Below are positions 46,026 through 56,852 of a DNA stretch of 64,000 nucleotides, one piece after another. Source of the stretch: Nitrosopumilus sp. GTDB taxonomy: Archaea > Thermoproteota > Nitrososphaeria > Nitrososphaerales > Nitrosopumilaceae. The position numbers and the translations under genes were made by a program. The notes under the pieces were generated by a model, which saw only the letters and a list, made by a program, of their open reading frames with translations, was not told the DNA's origin and ran no database searches. How positions within the stretch are numbered: the stretch's first letter is position 1; every line of letters begins with the position of its first letter. The stretch is taken from the NCBI GenBank assembly GCA_965218785.1, contig OZ244650.1, positions 1,728,001 to 1,792,000 on the forward strand. Direction: 5' to 3'.

Positions 46026-46943
46026 CTAATATACCTCAGTCAGCCAATGTGAGTAGTCATCGTTTTTGTTCATTACTATCTCTGTATATACTTGCATCAT
46101 CTTTTTTGTAATGTCTCCTGGTTTACCGTTTCCTATTTGCTTTGAATCCATCTTGATGATTGGCGTGATTTCTGCAGCAGTGCCTGTTAGGAAAATTTCC
46201 TCCGATATGATTAGTTCACTGCGCGTAATGTCTCTTTCAACCACATCAATATCCAAATCTTTTCCAATTTTGATTATGGCATCACGGGTAATTCCTTCCA
46301 ATGCAGATGAGGCCAGTGATGGTGTTATCAATTGACCGTTTCTTACAATGAAAATATTTTCACCTGGTGCTTCACTGACATTTCCGTTATAATCAAGCAA
46401 AATTGCCTCATCAACCCCGTTTCTTTTTGCTTCCTGTGTGGCGATTATGGAATTTAGATAGTTTCCACCCATCTTTGCTTGTGGAGGTGTAGACATGTCA
46501 GAGAATTTCCTCCAGGATACAACTCCCGCAGTAATACCCCTTTTGTTAAACAAATCACCGAAAGGGAATGTAATGATCGCAACGTTAGTCGGTGCTTTTT
46601 CTGTTACATGTAAATTGATTCCATAATCCCCGACAAAGTAAAACGGCCTGATGTAACATGATTTTTTAATATTATTTTTTTTACAGATTCCAGTAATTGC
46701 ATTAGTGATAACCTCGTCTGAGAAATTAAGTGAAATGTCGTAAAATTTACCTGATCTTCTAAATCGTTTTACGTGTTCGTCTAATCTAAACACATGGAGG
46801 TTTTTTCCATTCCAATATGCCCTTATTCCTTCAAAGATTGATGTCCCATAATGAATTGCATGGGTGGTTATTGGAACCAGAGCCCTGCTTGCAAGGACAT
46901 ATTTTCCGTCAAACCAGACATATTTTGAAAGCGGGGGTTTCAT
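46026..46943 (-). CDS. ilvE: Branched-chain amino acid aminotransferase
   Basis: HYGTSIFEGIRAY, AKMGGNY, EAPGENIF, LEGITR and GTAAE. Confidence 0.96.
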   Translation of the reverse strand: MKPPLSKYVWFDGKYVLASRALVPITTHAIHYGTSIFEGIRAYWNGKNLHVFRLDEHVKRFRRSGKFYDISLNFSDEVITNAITGICKKNNIKKSCYIRPFYFVGDYGINLHVTEKAPTNVAIITFPFGDLFNKRGITAGVVSWRKFSDMSTPPQAKMGGNYLNSIIATQEAKRNGVDEAILLDYNGNVSEAPGENIFIVRNGQLITPSLASSALEGITRDAIIKIGKDLDIDVVERDITRSELIISEEIFLTGTAAEITPIIKMDSKQIGNGKPGDITKKMMQVYTEIVMNKNDDYSHWLTEVY

Positions 46944-46977
46944 AGAAAATTTTTACTAGAAGCGTATTAATCTCTAT

Positions 46978-47580
46978 TTATTTTGACCATCCTTCTTTGG
47001 GAAATTTCATTCCTGCAACTCTGGTGGTATTATCATCCATGTTTGCAAATTTCTCAACTGTCTGCCAATCATCATCGATAAGTGTGGCGATGCTTTCTGG
47101 CACGTCTTTTTTCCACGAGGATTCTTTCCCAAGGGCGGCATCAAACAGTTTTTCTTTGACTGATGATGCAGAAAGTATCTTTCTCTCTCCGATTCTTGGT
47201 TTTAGCCCGTACATTTTCAGCATGTATCCCTCAGTTTTGTCTCCGGTATAGGAAAAAAATTTTCCCTCAACTCCTCGTAGAATTTGTTTTCTTAATTTCC
47301 ATGATTTTGATCTGATTAAAGGTGGCAAGTATTTTTTAAACGGAGCAAAAAAGGTGTAATCATCTGTAATTTGAATTGAATCGCCAAAAACAGACATGAG
47401 CATTTTCTTTCTTGTTTCAAAATTAAATGGAAAGCTTTTACTGTTAACTTCTCTTTGGTCGTATTTGAAAACTACCGGCATGACTTTGACAATGTCGGCC
47501 TCTTTTTTCAGATCTGAAATAATTTCAACATGTGCATGTGTTACCGGGTTAAGATGTGCAAGGTATAGCGCAGTAATCAA
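46978..47580 (-). CDS. HIGH-type nucleotidyltransferase superfamily protein
   Basis: YLAHLNPVTHAH, PF.FETRKKM and SASSVK. Confidence 0.75.
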   Translation of the reverse strand: MITALYLAHLNPVTHAHVEIISDLKKEADIVKVMPVVFKYDQREVNSKSFPFNFETRKKMLMSVFGDSIQITDDYTFFAPFKKYLPPLIRSKSWKLRKQILRGVEGKFFSYTGDKTEGYMLKMYGLKPRIGERKILSASSVKEKLFDAALGKESSWKKDVPESIATLIDDDWQTVEKFANMDDNTTRVAGMKFPKEGWSK

Positions 47581-47632
47581 TTATAATCACTAGATAAATC
47601 TCATATTTCAATGATTGATTTTTTGGAAAATT

Positions 47633-48487
47633 CTATCCGTATGACTCATATTTGACTTCAAAACTTCCGTCCTCACGTTTGTCATGTTCGGTTACAAATC
47701 CTTTTGGCTTTAAAAAGTCCATTACACCATCAATGGTTCCCTGCCAACCACAGACATAAAATATTGTATTTTCTTTGGTGAGTTTATCTCCGATCAATTC
47801 CTCTAGTGGTGATGTTCCGTCTTCCCTAGGTCTTAGGAATGTTTCAACCCTGCCGGTTTGACCACCCCATGATCTGTTAAACCATTCCTGAGGTCTACTG
47901 ATTGCGGCTCTATATCTAAAGTTCCACTTGTTCTTTCCCCTTTCAATACTCTTATCTTCAAGACCGGTTAGCAAATCTTTGTAGCTTAGCTCATCAACAT
48001 AACTAGCACCCTGTAAAATAATGATTTCGCGCTTATCTCCTGTATCATGAAAGTACTGTGCAAAACTGACAAATGGTGCCAGACCTGTTCCCCCGCCAAT
48101 GCATACGATTCTCCGGTTATCTTTTTCACCGTTTGGAAGTTTTTCATTAATTGTTAATGCTTTACCGGTGGGTTTTAACCAAAGAATTTCGTCTCCTTCT
48201 TTTAGATTAAATAATTGCGTAGTTAGCCTGCCAGGAAGTGGTTTTCTAACCCATCTAATTACAAGTTCGATGTAATCTTTATTCTGCGGATGAGACGCAA
48301 TGGAATATGCACGTCTAACAATCTTTCCACCTTCTAAGGGATTTGGCAGCCCCAATGTGATGAATTGACCGGCTTCAAAATCGGGAACCGGAACTTCCTT
48401 TGGAACTAGTCTGATAATTACAAGATCTTCTTTTAACAGTTGAACATAGGTAACAGTCGCCTTATTATCTACTACCATAACGATCAA
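47633..48487 (-). CDS. fpr: Ferredoxin--NADP+ reductase (bacterial type)
   Basis: AGQF, RRAYSIAS, GTGLAPF, YVCG and a C-terminal ESY. Confidence 0.92.
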   Translation of the reverse strand: MIVMVVDNKATVTYVQLLKEDLVIIRLVPKEVPVPDFEAGQFITLGLPNPLEGGKIVRRAYSIASHPQNKDYIELVIRWVRKPLPGRLTTQLFNLKEGDEILWLKPTGKALTINEKLPNGEKDNRRIVCIGGGTGLAPFVSFAQYFHDTGDKREIIILQGASYVDELSYKDLLTGLEDKSIERGKNKWNFRYRAAISRPQEWFNRSWGGQTGRVETFLRPREDGTSPLEELIGDKLTKENTIFYVCGWQGTIDGVMDFLKPKGFVTEHDKREDGSFEVKYESYG

Positions 48488-48603
48488 ATCATCATAGTCA
48501 TGGTTAAATATATTGTGTTAATTTTATAACGATGATTTCAATTAAATCGTTAAACGTTAATACCCACTTTGAAAAATGTTATTTAATCAGAATTCTGATA
48601 GAT

Positions 48604-48677
48604 GGGCCGGTCGTCTAGTCTGGTAGGATAGGTGCATGGCATGCATCGGATCAAGGGTTCAAATCCCTTCCGGTCCA
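48604..48677 (+). tRNA. tRNA-Ala(GGC)
   Basis: GGGCCGG/CCGGTCC acceptor stem with G3:U70; anticodon loop ATGGCAT. Confidence 0.93.
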
Positions 48678-48759
48678 CTTTCACTTTGGATTCAGACCGC
48701 TGTCTTTTGCAGGACGACTCGTCTGTCAGGAAGTGCTACAACAAATCGCCCTGCATATG

Positions 48760-49320
48760 GGGCTGATGGCAGTAGTTCCCCCGGGTTTTTAGCATCGTGA
48801 TCACACCGTCAATTATCATCTTTTTTCCTGGAATGATCTTTTCAAGTCCTTGGGAGGTGTTTTTCGAATAATTTCTGCAAGTCGTTTTGCAGTCGGCATA
48901 ATCTCAGTATCCGTTTGTGAACTGTAGATAGCGGCAGACGGTGGTCTGATCCACGTCAAACCGTGTAGCTATCTATCCTGTGTATATTTTCCCATCAGGT
49001 ACGTCATGGTCAAAAGCAGCACATGTCGTATGTGCAGCATGCATCTGTTTCCAGAATCCGCACTGCTGTGTTGGTCCTCCTAAAAAAAGCAGTCTTCTCG
49101 GATCTGCCATGACCTGCTTAGAATCTCTCCGATGTATTCAAACTCTTTAATGTTGCATCCTGTTGCATTGTGAATGTATTTGTGGTACGCATCATGCTGT
49201 CTAGTAACCTACTGCGTGCATGCGTACTGCATCAGAATTATTCTGTCCTGGTTTTCCCTTGACTGCCAGTCCATTCTCCTGTACCTGCAGATTCCGAAGA
49301 ATGATGAGTTCATCATGCAT
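48760..49320 (-). pseudogene. Degraded IS5-family-like transposase remnant
   Basis: Broken minus-strand frames give LLLTMTYL..YTQD, RFDVDQTTVCRYLQF (transposase HTH pattern) and IIPGKKMIIDG, with several stops. Confidence 0.6.
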
Positions 49321-49479
49321 CTCGTTTATGGCAAAATGGAGTTCACGTATAATCTGATCCTTGTCCATTTTTTTTATGATGCTAACCTTGCTTTTAGATC
49401 AGGATCGAAAGGCATTATCTAATAATGTACAAGTCAAAAGAATAGAATCATTTATGAATCCAAACGTGGATCGTATCTT

Positions 49480-49659
49480 ATGGTTATTTCATATGTAATC
49501 ATCGGAGCTATAACAACTATTGGTGCCATCCTACTCCGCTATTATCTAGCCGAACGCAAAAAAACTCCTAGAAATGATAAATTTTGTTATAATTGTAATC
49601 TAAATTTTCCAAACAATTACAGCATATGTCCCAAATGTGGAATACAATTTGGTAGGTAG
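49480..49659 (+). CDS. Small membrane-anchored zinc-ribbon protein (not in the ORF track)
   Basis: MVISYVIIGAITTIGAILLRYY...FCYNC...ICPKCG, 59 aa. Confidence 0.7.
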   Translation: MVISYVIIGAITTIGAILLRYYLAERKKTPRNDKFCYNCNLNFPNNYSICPKCGIQFGR

Positions 49660-49663
49660 GAAA

Positions 49664-50505
49664 ATGAAAGCAAGATTTTTGTTGATAATTGCAATGGCCG
49701 GTTTGGGCTTTTTCAGTATTTCATATGGTGAATTTGAAAAGGTGCCAGATAAAACAGATTCCTTTGATAAAATTCAATGGAATGTTGGAGAGATAGACTG
49801 CTGAACCCATTTTATTCCGGCAAAGAAAATTCAGTAGCTACGTTGCGTGTAATTGATCCCGACTTGGTTTTATTTCCTGATTCGGTTGATTTTATCAGGA
49901 TTCATGTGTATTCAGATACTGATCCGTTAGGAACTGACATTATACTTACAAACACAATTGAAAATCCAGAATTTTTTGAAGGTGACGTGATTTTCACCCA
50001 TGATTTTCCATCATCACGGGGAGGCGTATTGCTAGTTAGTGACAGAGATATGATAACTGCAAAATATACCGATACCACACTTCCAGACGACGTTGATTCT
50101 GACAAACAAGAACTTTTTAGTTATGCAATAATTGCAAGGCATCGTGCTCCTCCGGTTGAAAGTGTGCATGTATCATCACTGGGAATTGAGGATTTGGATC
50201 AAAATCAGGTTGATAATAATAATGTGCAGGTCGGACAACAAATTTTGTTTAGTTCAGAATTGATTTCTCAGATACAAAATAAACGTGATTTTGCATATCT
50301 GGTTCAAGTACAAAATGATAAAGGACGTACAATGTATTTGTCATGGTTGTCTGGAATTATCTTGCCTGAGCAAAAAATTACATCTTCTGTATCATGGCTT
50401 CCAGAGTTGCCTGGATCTTATACCACTACAGTGTTTGTTTGGGAGTCACTAAATAATCACAATGCACTGTCTTCACCCCAGAGTATAAAATTTCTTGTGA
50501 AATGA
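49664..50505 (+). pseudogene. Secreted Ig-like protein split by a 1-nt frameshift near 49800
   Basis: The signal-peptide frame MKARFLLII...WNVGEIDC* joins the tracked ORF (LNPFYSG...) if one base is restored. C-terminus ..AYLVQVQN..W.P..PGSY...VFVWESL. Confidence 0.7.
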
Positions 50506-50548
50506 ATTGGGAGCAATGAAAAATAAAAACTAGAGTTTTGATAATTCA

Positions 50549-51088
50549 TCATGTTTTTGTCAATATGGAAATTAATTTTTCCATCTCAGGATCATTTTCT
50601 TTATTAATTTCATTGGTTTGATTTTCTGAAATGGTAATATTTAGATCAATGATTGCCTGTATGGCACTTTTTCTTACTTCCAAATCATAATCTAAAAGGG
50701 ATTTAAGAAGAATTTCCTCGGCTTCCAGAGCCCCAAGATGTCCCAGTGCCCCAACTGCACATGATCTGACCATAGAATGTCCATCATTTGCAAGTTTTAT
50801 TAGTGCCGGAATTGCCAAGGTTTCATTTCTATTTGCCAATACCAGCGATGCAAATCCTCTGATGTTTTTATTTGCAGAATTCAAACTTTTGATTAAAAAA
50901 TCTGCAATTTTGTTTTCGTTTAATACAAGCGAGCTAAATGCCTCCCCTCTAACTTTGATATCATCATCATCCAATCTTGAAATTATCTTTTCCAAAATTT
51001 CTGGATTATTAGTATGATCCAAAGTCTCCAAAATTCTGATTTTTTCTTTACTATTCCCAAATTCTAAAACTTTTGAAATATTTTCCAA
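50549..51088 (-). CDS. HEAT-repeat protein
   Basis: Repeated L.D.D..VR..A..AL units. Confidence 0.88.
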   Translation of the reverse strand: MENISKVLEFGNSKEKIRILETLDHTNNPEILEKIISRLDDDDIKVRGEAFSSLVLNENKIADFLIKSLNSANKNIRGFASLVLANRNETLAIPALIKLANDGHSMVRSCAVGALGHLGALEAEEILLKSLLDYDLEVRKSAIQAIIDLNITISENQTNEINKENDPEMEKLISILTKT

Positions 51089-51203
51089 GTTCTGAGCAAA
51101 TTACTCCTTTCTAGTTAATAATAGTTCAAATCTGCCAAAAAATTTTCATGATATTTGAAAAACCCCTTTTAGCTTTAAATTATCCCTAAATGACAAATTT
51201 TCC

Positions 51204-51485
51204 ATGTCAGACGAAGCCAGAGACACCGTATTCATCGGTAAGAAACCATTGATGGCATATGTTACATCAACGCTAATTCAATTGGCAAACTTACCGGCCG
51301 TCAACATCAAAGCTAGAGGACTCAGCATTGGTCGTGCTGTAGATGTAGCTCAAATCATCATACGAAAAACAGAAAATGCAGGCTACACTATAGGAAACAT
51401 CAATATTGGTTCAGAATCACTAGAGTCACAAGACGGTAGAACCAGAAACGTTTCAACAATAGAAATTGAAGTAAAGAGAAATTAG
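51204..51485 (+). CDS. albA: DNA/RNA-binding protein Alba
   Basis: FIGKKPLMAYV, IKARG.SI.RAVDVA and VSTIEI. Confidence 0.96.
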   Translation: MSDEARDTVFIGKKPLMAYVTSTLIQLANLPAVNIKARGLSIGRAVDVAQIIIRKTENAGYTIGNINIGSESLESQDGRTRNVSTIEIEVKRN

Positions 51486-51517
51486 GCATAGCCAGTCTTT
51501 ACTTGAAATTTTTCTTT

Positions 51518-52384
51518 TTATTTTCTTTTTAAAGTTCCAAATTTCTTTTCCATCTTTCGAAACTTTGAGAGTTCAACTAGGTCATTAAACTGATCAAAAT
51601 TCACAATTTTTTGTTTATACTTTGTAGTATTTCCTGATTTTTTTAGTTCTTTTAGAATATTCATGGTTGCAAATGTATTGGCATACAGCACAGATAAAGG
51701 ATATAGAATTATTTTGAATCCGATTTTGTTTAATGTTTCAGCAGAACTCAATGGAGTGGCTCCACCTTCAATCATATTTGCAACTAGTGGCGCATTAATT
51801 TCCTTTCCAATCTTTTTCATTTCTTCTAATGATTCTGGAGCTTCAATAAATATTGCACTTGCACCCGTTTTTTTATTTTGTCTTCCGCGTTCAATAGCTG
51901 CATCTAGTCCCTCAACGGCTCTTGCATCTGTCCTTGCAACAACTATGAAATCCTTGCTTTCTCTTGCATCAAGTGCAGCTGATAGTTTTTCAGTGTACTC
52001 TTCTTGTGAAATAACCTCTTTTCCTTGCATGTGGCCGCATCTTTTAGGCCATCTTTGATCTTCGAGAAAGATTCCCGAGGCTCCAGCAGATTCCAATTCT
52101 TTTACCAACTTCCACACACTGAGTGCATTTCCATAACCCGTATCAGAATCAACAATTACTGGAACTGAAACTGCCCTGCATATTCTTCTTGCGTTATCAA
52201 GTGTTTCTGCCGCTCCAATAAACCCATAATCTGGCATTCCAAACAGTGTTGCAGACGTACCATAACCCGTCTGAAACATTGCATCGAATCCAACTTTTTC
52301 TGCAATCTTTGCGCCGATTGCATCATAAACACCCGGTATGACTAGGGGCTTGTTTGACTTTAGCATACTAGACAAGCTTTTCAT
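51518..52384 (-). CDS. Isocitrate lyase/PEP mutase family protein (methylisocitrate lyase-like)
   Basis: D.DTGYG, EDQRWPKRCGH and ARTDAR. Confidence 0.92.
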   Translation of the reverse strand: MKSLSSMLKSNKPLVIPGVYDAIGAKIAEKVGFDAMFQTGYGTSATLFGMPDYGFIGAAETLDNARRICRAVSVPVIVDSDTGYGNALSVWKLVKELESAGASGIFLEDQRWPKRCGHMQGKEVISQEEYTEKLSAALDARESKDFIVVARTDARAVEGLDAAIERGRQNKKTGASAIFIEAPESLEEMKKIGKEINAPLVANMIEGGATPLSSAETLNKIGFKIILYPLSVLYANTFATMNILKELKKSGNTTKYKQKIVNFDQFNDLVELSKFRKMEKKFGTLKRK

Positions 52385-52816
52385 AACTTTATTCTTTCTA
52401 TGAATTATTTATGATTTTAAAAAATACAGTCAAGGGATGATGGCGACACGCTTGTTTCAGGGTTAATTCCGCGTCAATTAGAATCATACAAGCCGGTAGT
52501 GACATCAATTCCAAGTGAAACTAGAGATATTTTGAATTTTTCAATCCCCACATCTTTTGTAAAAATGTCAGGCAGGATCAGATTGGGACGATGCATACAT
52601 CAATCCTCGCATCAAAAGTAATGAAAAAATGAATTTTTTGCCCTTCCTGAAAGTAGCTCATTATGAGGATTTTTCCGTTTTTTTTTGTTTTGCAAGCTAT
52701 CTAGAGGCAAAAGTAATCATTGCAGATGAATACAGGATACAATCACACCAGAATTCATTCTCATTGGGTAGTGGCTCTTGAGGAGTTTTTATCAGAACGG
52801 AGATGAGAAATAAATA

Positions 52817-53179
52817 ATGACGACTGTATGTAAAAACATGCAAAAAGTGTTCTCATGTATAGGGGTACACTACATATTTTTGATAATTACCATATTTGTA
52901 TTATTTATTTCACAGGCATTTGCACAACATTATCATCGCAATCTTTACTCCTCGCCCGTATTTGTTATGTTTAACAATCCTCCATTTACAGCTGGATTAC
53001 TTTTTGGAATTCTTGGCATAATTGGTGTTTGTATATTTTTTATAATTCTATGGCGCAAAAGTAACCCTGCTAGAATCAAGTGGTTATGTCTCATCATCTC
53101 TTTGTCAGCACTACTATTTTTTTCATTATTTCGTGTCCTGAGTCATTTAACATTCGAAATAGTTCAGTTATTATGGTAA
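52817..53179 (+). CDS. Hypothetical membrane protein
   Basis: Three hydrophobic segments; AT-rich. Confidence 0.55.
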   Translation: MTTVCKNMQKVFSCIGVHYIFLIITIFVLFISQAFAQHYHRNLYSSPVFVMFNNPPFTAGLLFGILGIIGVCIFFIILWRKSNPARIKWLCLIISLSALLFFSLFRVLSHLTFEIVQLLW

Positions 53180-53481
53180 CCGTATGTAAAGAAAAAACGA
53201 AATTCAGATGGTACTGGAATACCCCATCTGGAAAAAATAGTTTCCAAGAAAAAAACAAATTATTAGGACAAAAAACTAGTTGGTTTTACTAAGCTAAACA
53301 CGAATAACCAAACTGGGGTGTTTTGAGAATAATTCACAAACTTGTGCTTCTCGCCATACAACTAACATCAGAATCAGAAGTGGTCATCCGGATCAGAATT
53401 CAAAAACCATCAAATGTTGTCGTATAGTAAATGATACCTTACATGTGTGAAAAACGGATCAATTTTACTTTGCAAAGATAC

Positions 53482-53988
53482 CTATTCTATATTGATCCGT
53501 TTTCCTTTCTTCTTTACGTTCTCTTCAATTTTTTTAAGTTCGTCTTTGAGGAAATTTTTATATTTTTGAGTCTCTTCAGCGGTCATATTTGCAACATTTG
53601 AGCTTAGAATACAACCCATTGTTGATATCCTTTCAATCAAATCTATCGCGACAAATCGTCCAACATTGCCCAATCTAAACAGGACATCTAGTTGATTTTT
53701 TACAATATCATTAATCTTATCAACATCAGATGCAGTATCTGATCCTTTTTTCGTCAACTGATATTTTCCATCTCCTGCTTCATCAATCAAACCTTCATCA
53801 AGCAGTCTCCCCAACAAAGGATAGATCAATCCAGGTGATGGCTTCCAAATTCCATTACTTTGTTCAACTGCATAATCGATAATCTCCTTTCCAGTATGGG
53901 ATTTCTTTTTTAGCAGTTCTAAAATGAAATATCTTGAAAATCCTCTAGGAATCGAACTTCCAACTCTCTGAAACCATTCAGAAATCAT
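53482..53988 (-). CDS. PadR family transcriptional regulator
   Basis: ILELL....TGKEI......WKPSPGLIYPLL..L...G....YQLTKKG. Confidence 0.93.
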   Translation of the reverse strand: MISEWFQRVGSSIPRGFSRYFILELLKKKSHTGKEIIDYAVEQSNGIWKPSPGLIYPLLGRLLDEGLIDEAGDGKYQLTKKGSDTASDVDKINDIVKNQLDVLFRLGNVGRFVAIDLIERISTMGCILSSNVANMTAEETQKYKNFLKDELKKIEENVKKKGKRINIE

Positions 53989-54010
53989 CACTAGTGATAT
54001 CACTAGTGAT
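53987..54010. promoter_or_regulatory. Perfect 24-bp palindrome (ATCACTAGTGAT twice) at the padR start, candidate operator
   Basis: Direct read; abuts the ATG at 53988. Confidence 0.55.
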
Positions 54011-54360
54011 ATATTTTAATATTTTGGATGCTTCTGCTACATATTTGGCTGATCTTTCTTCATGTTACAATTCGGCTGATTATGCGAGTTCTGCTACGGA
54101 TTCGGATGTTTTCTTGGGGTGTTATAATTCGGATAATCAGGCACTTGGGACTTTTTATCGGTCTTCATCCCTACTTGACGTGGGTACGATGATTTCCGGC
54201 CGTATCATCTTTGAGATCAAAAGGGGTAAAATCACATAAGGACCTGACTATTTTGTTAAATACGGTGGATCATGACTGTTTGGCACTAATTTTGCCAACA
54301 TTTGGAACATCCTGTCAATTACTACATATTTAACTCGCTCAAAGCAAGTTTGTCTGAAAA

Positions 54361-56073
54361 ATGGTCGATTCTATAGACTTTGATTTAATAATTTGCGGTT
54401 CTGGTCTAGCTGGCTTGAGGGCTGCCATAGCTGCTGCAAAAAAGGGCCCCAATCTCAAAATTGGAATTGTTTCAAAACTGCAAGTAATGCGTTCTCATTC
54501 CGTGTCTGCAGAAGGAGGAACAGCCGCCGTTCTTTTTGAAGACGAGGGAGACACGGTTGAATCTCATATTTATGATACCGTTAAAGGAAGTGACTTTCTT
54601 GCAGACCAAGACGTAGCTGAAAAACTTTGTGCAGAAATGCCAAAGGAAATTTATCAGCTGGATCATTGGGGAATGCCATGGTCTAGAAGGGACGATGGCA
54701 GGATTGATCAGCGAAACTTTGGCGGCTACAGCTTTCCAAGAGCGACATATGCATCTGACAAAGTTGGCTTTTTTGAAATGCAGACTCTTTATGATACATG
54801 CCAGAAATTTGAGAATATTGAATATCTTAACGAATGGTTTGCAACATCGATTGTTCATGATGGAAAACAATTCATGGGTCTTACTGCAATAGAACTGTCT
54901 TCAGGTACATTTTACACAATCAGGGGAAAAGCCCTCATTATTGCAACCGGCGGAGCTGGAAGAATGTATAGTTTTTCAACTTATGCGCTGTCATCGACTC
55001 CCGACGGATTGGACATGGGATTACGTGCAGGTATGGCACTAAAGGACATGGAGTTTGTACAGTTTCACCCAACAGGGATTTTACCATCCGGAATTTTGAT
55101 TACAGAGGGGGCAAGGGGAGAGGGCGGTTACCTGTTAAATAACAAGGGTGAACGGTTCATGAAGAAATACGCTGTGAGTAAAATGGAATTAGCTCCGCGT
55201 GATATTGTATCAAGATCAATAATGACGGAGATTCAGGAAGGCAACGGATTCAAACACGAGACGGGGGTTGACTGTATGAAGCTTGACTTGCGACATATTG
55301 GCGATGAAAAAATTAAGGAAAAGCTAGGAGGGATTAGAGAAATATCCATTAAATTCTCAGGAATTGATCCTGCTGAGGAACTGCTTGACATTAGGCCTGT
55401 CTGTCATTATATGATGGGGGGATTGCACACTGATATTCAGGGTGCTACAGAAATTCAGGGTGTTTGGGCCGCAGGTGAAGCAGCATGCAACAGTGTCCAC
55501 GGCTCTAATCGTCTGGGCGCAAATTCAACCTCAGAATGCATAGTTTGGGGCAGAATTACAGGCGAGCTGGCAGTGGAATACATTCAGAACAATACCCAGT
55601 CTAGTCCTTGGCCCCATCATCTGGTTGCAGCAGAGGAAAAGAGAATCTATGACGGCATATTTAGAGGAAGTGGCGGTGTAAATCCGTATGAAATTAGACA
55701 GCAGCTCACCGATACCATGAACGAAAAGGCATATGTTTACAGAAATCAAACCGATCTTGTGGAAGGGCTTCACAGAATTCGTGAACTAAAAAAACAGGCT
55801 TGGAGGCATGTTGATGACAAGGCAAAAGAATACAACACCAATTTTTCAAACGTCATGGAACTTGATTCCATGTTCCGAGTGGCAGAGATCATATTACTTG
55901 GCGCAATCAACAGAAGGGAATCCCGCGGGGCCCATGCAAGAACCGATTATACCAAACGTGATGATGCAAACTTTTTACACCACACACTTGCATACTATGA
56001 TCCAGACGAGCCAATAATGAAGACACATCCGGTAACAATTACAAAGTATCAGCCAGTGGAGAGGAAATATTAA
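54361..56073 (+). CDS. sdhA: Succinate dehydrogenase flavoprotein subunit
   Basis: [28 protein letters not shown] and [10 protein letters not shown]. Confidence 0.97.
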   Translation: MVDSIDFDLIICGSGLAGLRAAIAAAKKGPNLKIGIVSKLQVMRSHSVSAEGGTAAVLFEDEGDTVESHIYDTVKGSDFLADQDVAEKLCAEMPKEIYQLDHWGMPWSRRDDGRIDQRNFGGYSFPRATYASDKVGFFEMQTLYDTCQKFENIEYLNEWFATSIVHDGKQFMGLTAIELSSGTFYTIRGKALIIATGGAGRMYSFSTYALSSTPDGLDMGLRAGMALKDMEFVQFHPTGILPSGILITEGARGEGGYLLNNKGERFMKKYAVSKMELAPRDIVSRSIMTEIQEGNGFKHETGVDCMKLDLRHIGDEKIKEKLGGIREISIKFSGIDPAEELLDIRPVCHYMMGGLHTDIQGATEIQGVWAAGEAACNSVHGSNRLGANSTSECIVWGRITGELAVEYIQNNTQSSPWPHHLVAAEEKRIYDGIFRGSGGVNPYEIRQQLTDTMNEKAYVYRNQTDLVEGLHRIRELKKQAWRHVDDKAKEYNTNFSNVMELDSMFRVAEIILLGAINRRESRGAHARTDYTKRDDANFLHHTLAYYDPDEPIMKTHPVTITKYQPVERKY

Positions 56074-56505
56074 TTGACCCAAGACGAACACAAAGAAGGC
56101 ATTGGCGGCATGGCCAATCCGCGCCGTTATGGAATTGAAAGGGTCGCATACTGGTTGATGCGATTAAGTGGGCTGGGGCTCTTGGCATATTTTGTAGCTC
56201 ATATTTATGAAACAAGCAACATTCTTCGTGGCAAGGTCGGATGGGACGAGGTAATAGAAATGACACAGACTACAGAGGGGCATGCAGTTTTGGCAATTGT
56301 AATTGGAATGTGTGTGTTTCATACTGTTAACGGAATTAGAGTGATGCTGGGGCATGGCGGGATAGGCGTAGGCAAGCCTGCAAGGCCTGATTATCCATAC
56401 AAGCCAGCATCACAAAATTACAGGCAGAAGATCGGCATTTATTCAGCAATTTTTCTTGCGGCAATTGCAATGATGTACGGTCTGGCAGTCATGTTCGGTG
56501 AGTGA
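56074..56505 (+). CDS. sdhC: Succinate dehydrogenase cytochrome b subunit
   Basis: RLSG....AH and FHTVNGIR; operon position. Confidence 0.9.
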   Translation: MTQDEHKEGIGGMANPRRYGIERVAYWLMRLSGLGLLAYFVAHIYETSNILRGKVGWDEVIEMTQTTEGHAVLAIVIGMCVFHTVNGIRVMLGHGGIGVGKPARPDYPYKPASQNYRQKIGIYSAIFLAAIAMMYGLAVMFGE

Positions 56506-56851
56506 GATGAGAGAAAGCACGATAATGAAAATTCACTACGGAACGGCAATTGCCGCCGTAGTACTGGTGGCAGTTCATGTTTTGATGCGTTTTACGACCA
56601 ATTTTGCAGATTCCCTAGAGTATGAGACGGTCCTTGCCAACTACAAATTCATCCCATATGCTGCAATGTTGGAACTGATACTAATCCTGCTTTCAATTCA
56701 CGGATTTAACGGACTGAGAGTCATCTTGTTGGAATTAAAACAGGGAAGGCTTTACGAAAAAGCTGTTTCTTATGGTTGTCTTTGTGCAATGATTGGTTTA
56801 ATAGTATACGGCTCGAGAACAATTATCATGACTAACATGGGGATGGTGTAA
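56498..56851 (+). CDS. sdhD: Succinate dehydrogenase membrane anchor subunit
   Basis: IHGFNGLRVIL.E; operon position. Confidence 0.88.
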   Translation: MSEMRESTIMKIHYGTAIAAVVLVAVHVLMRFTTNFADSLEYETVLANYKFIPYAAMLELILILLSIHGFNGLRVILLELKQGRLYEKAVSYGCLCAMIGLIVYGSRTIIMTNMGMV

Positions 56852-56852
56852 A

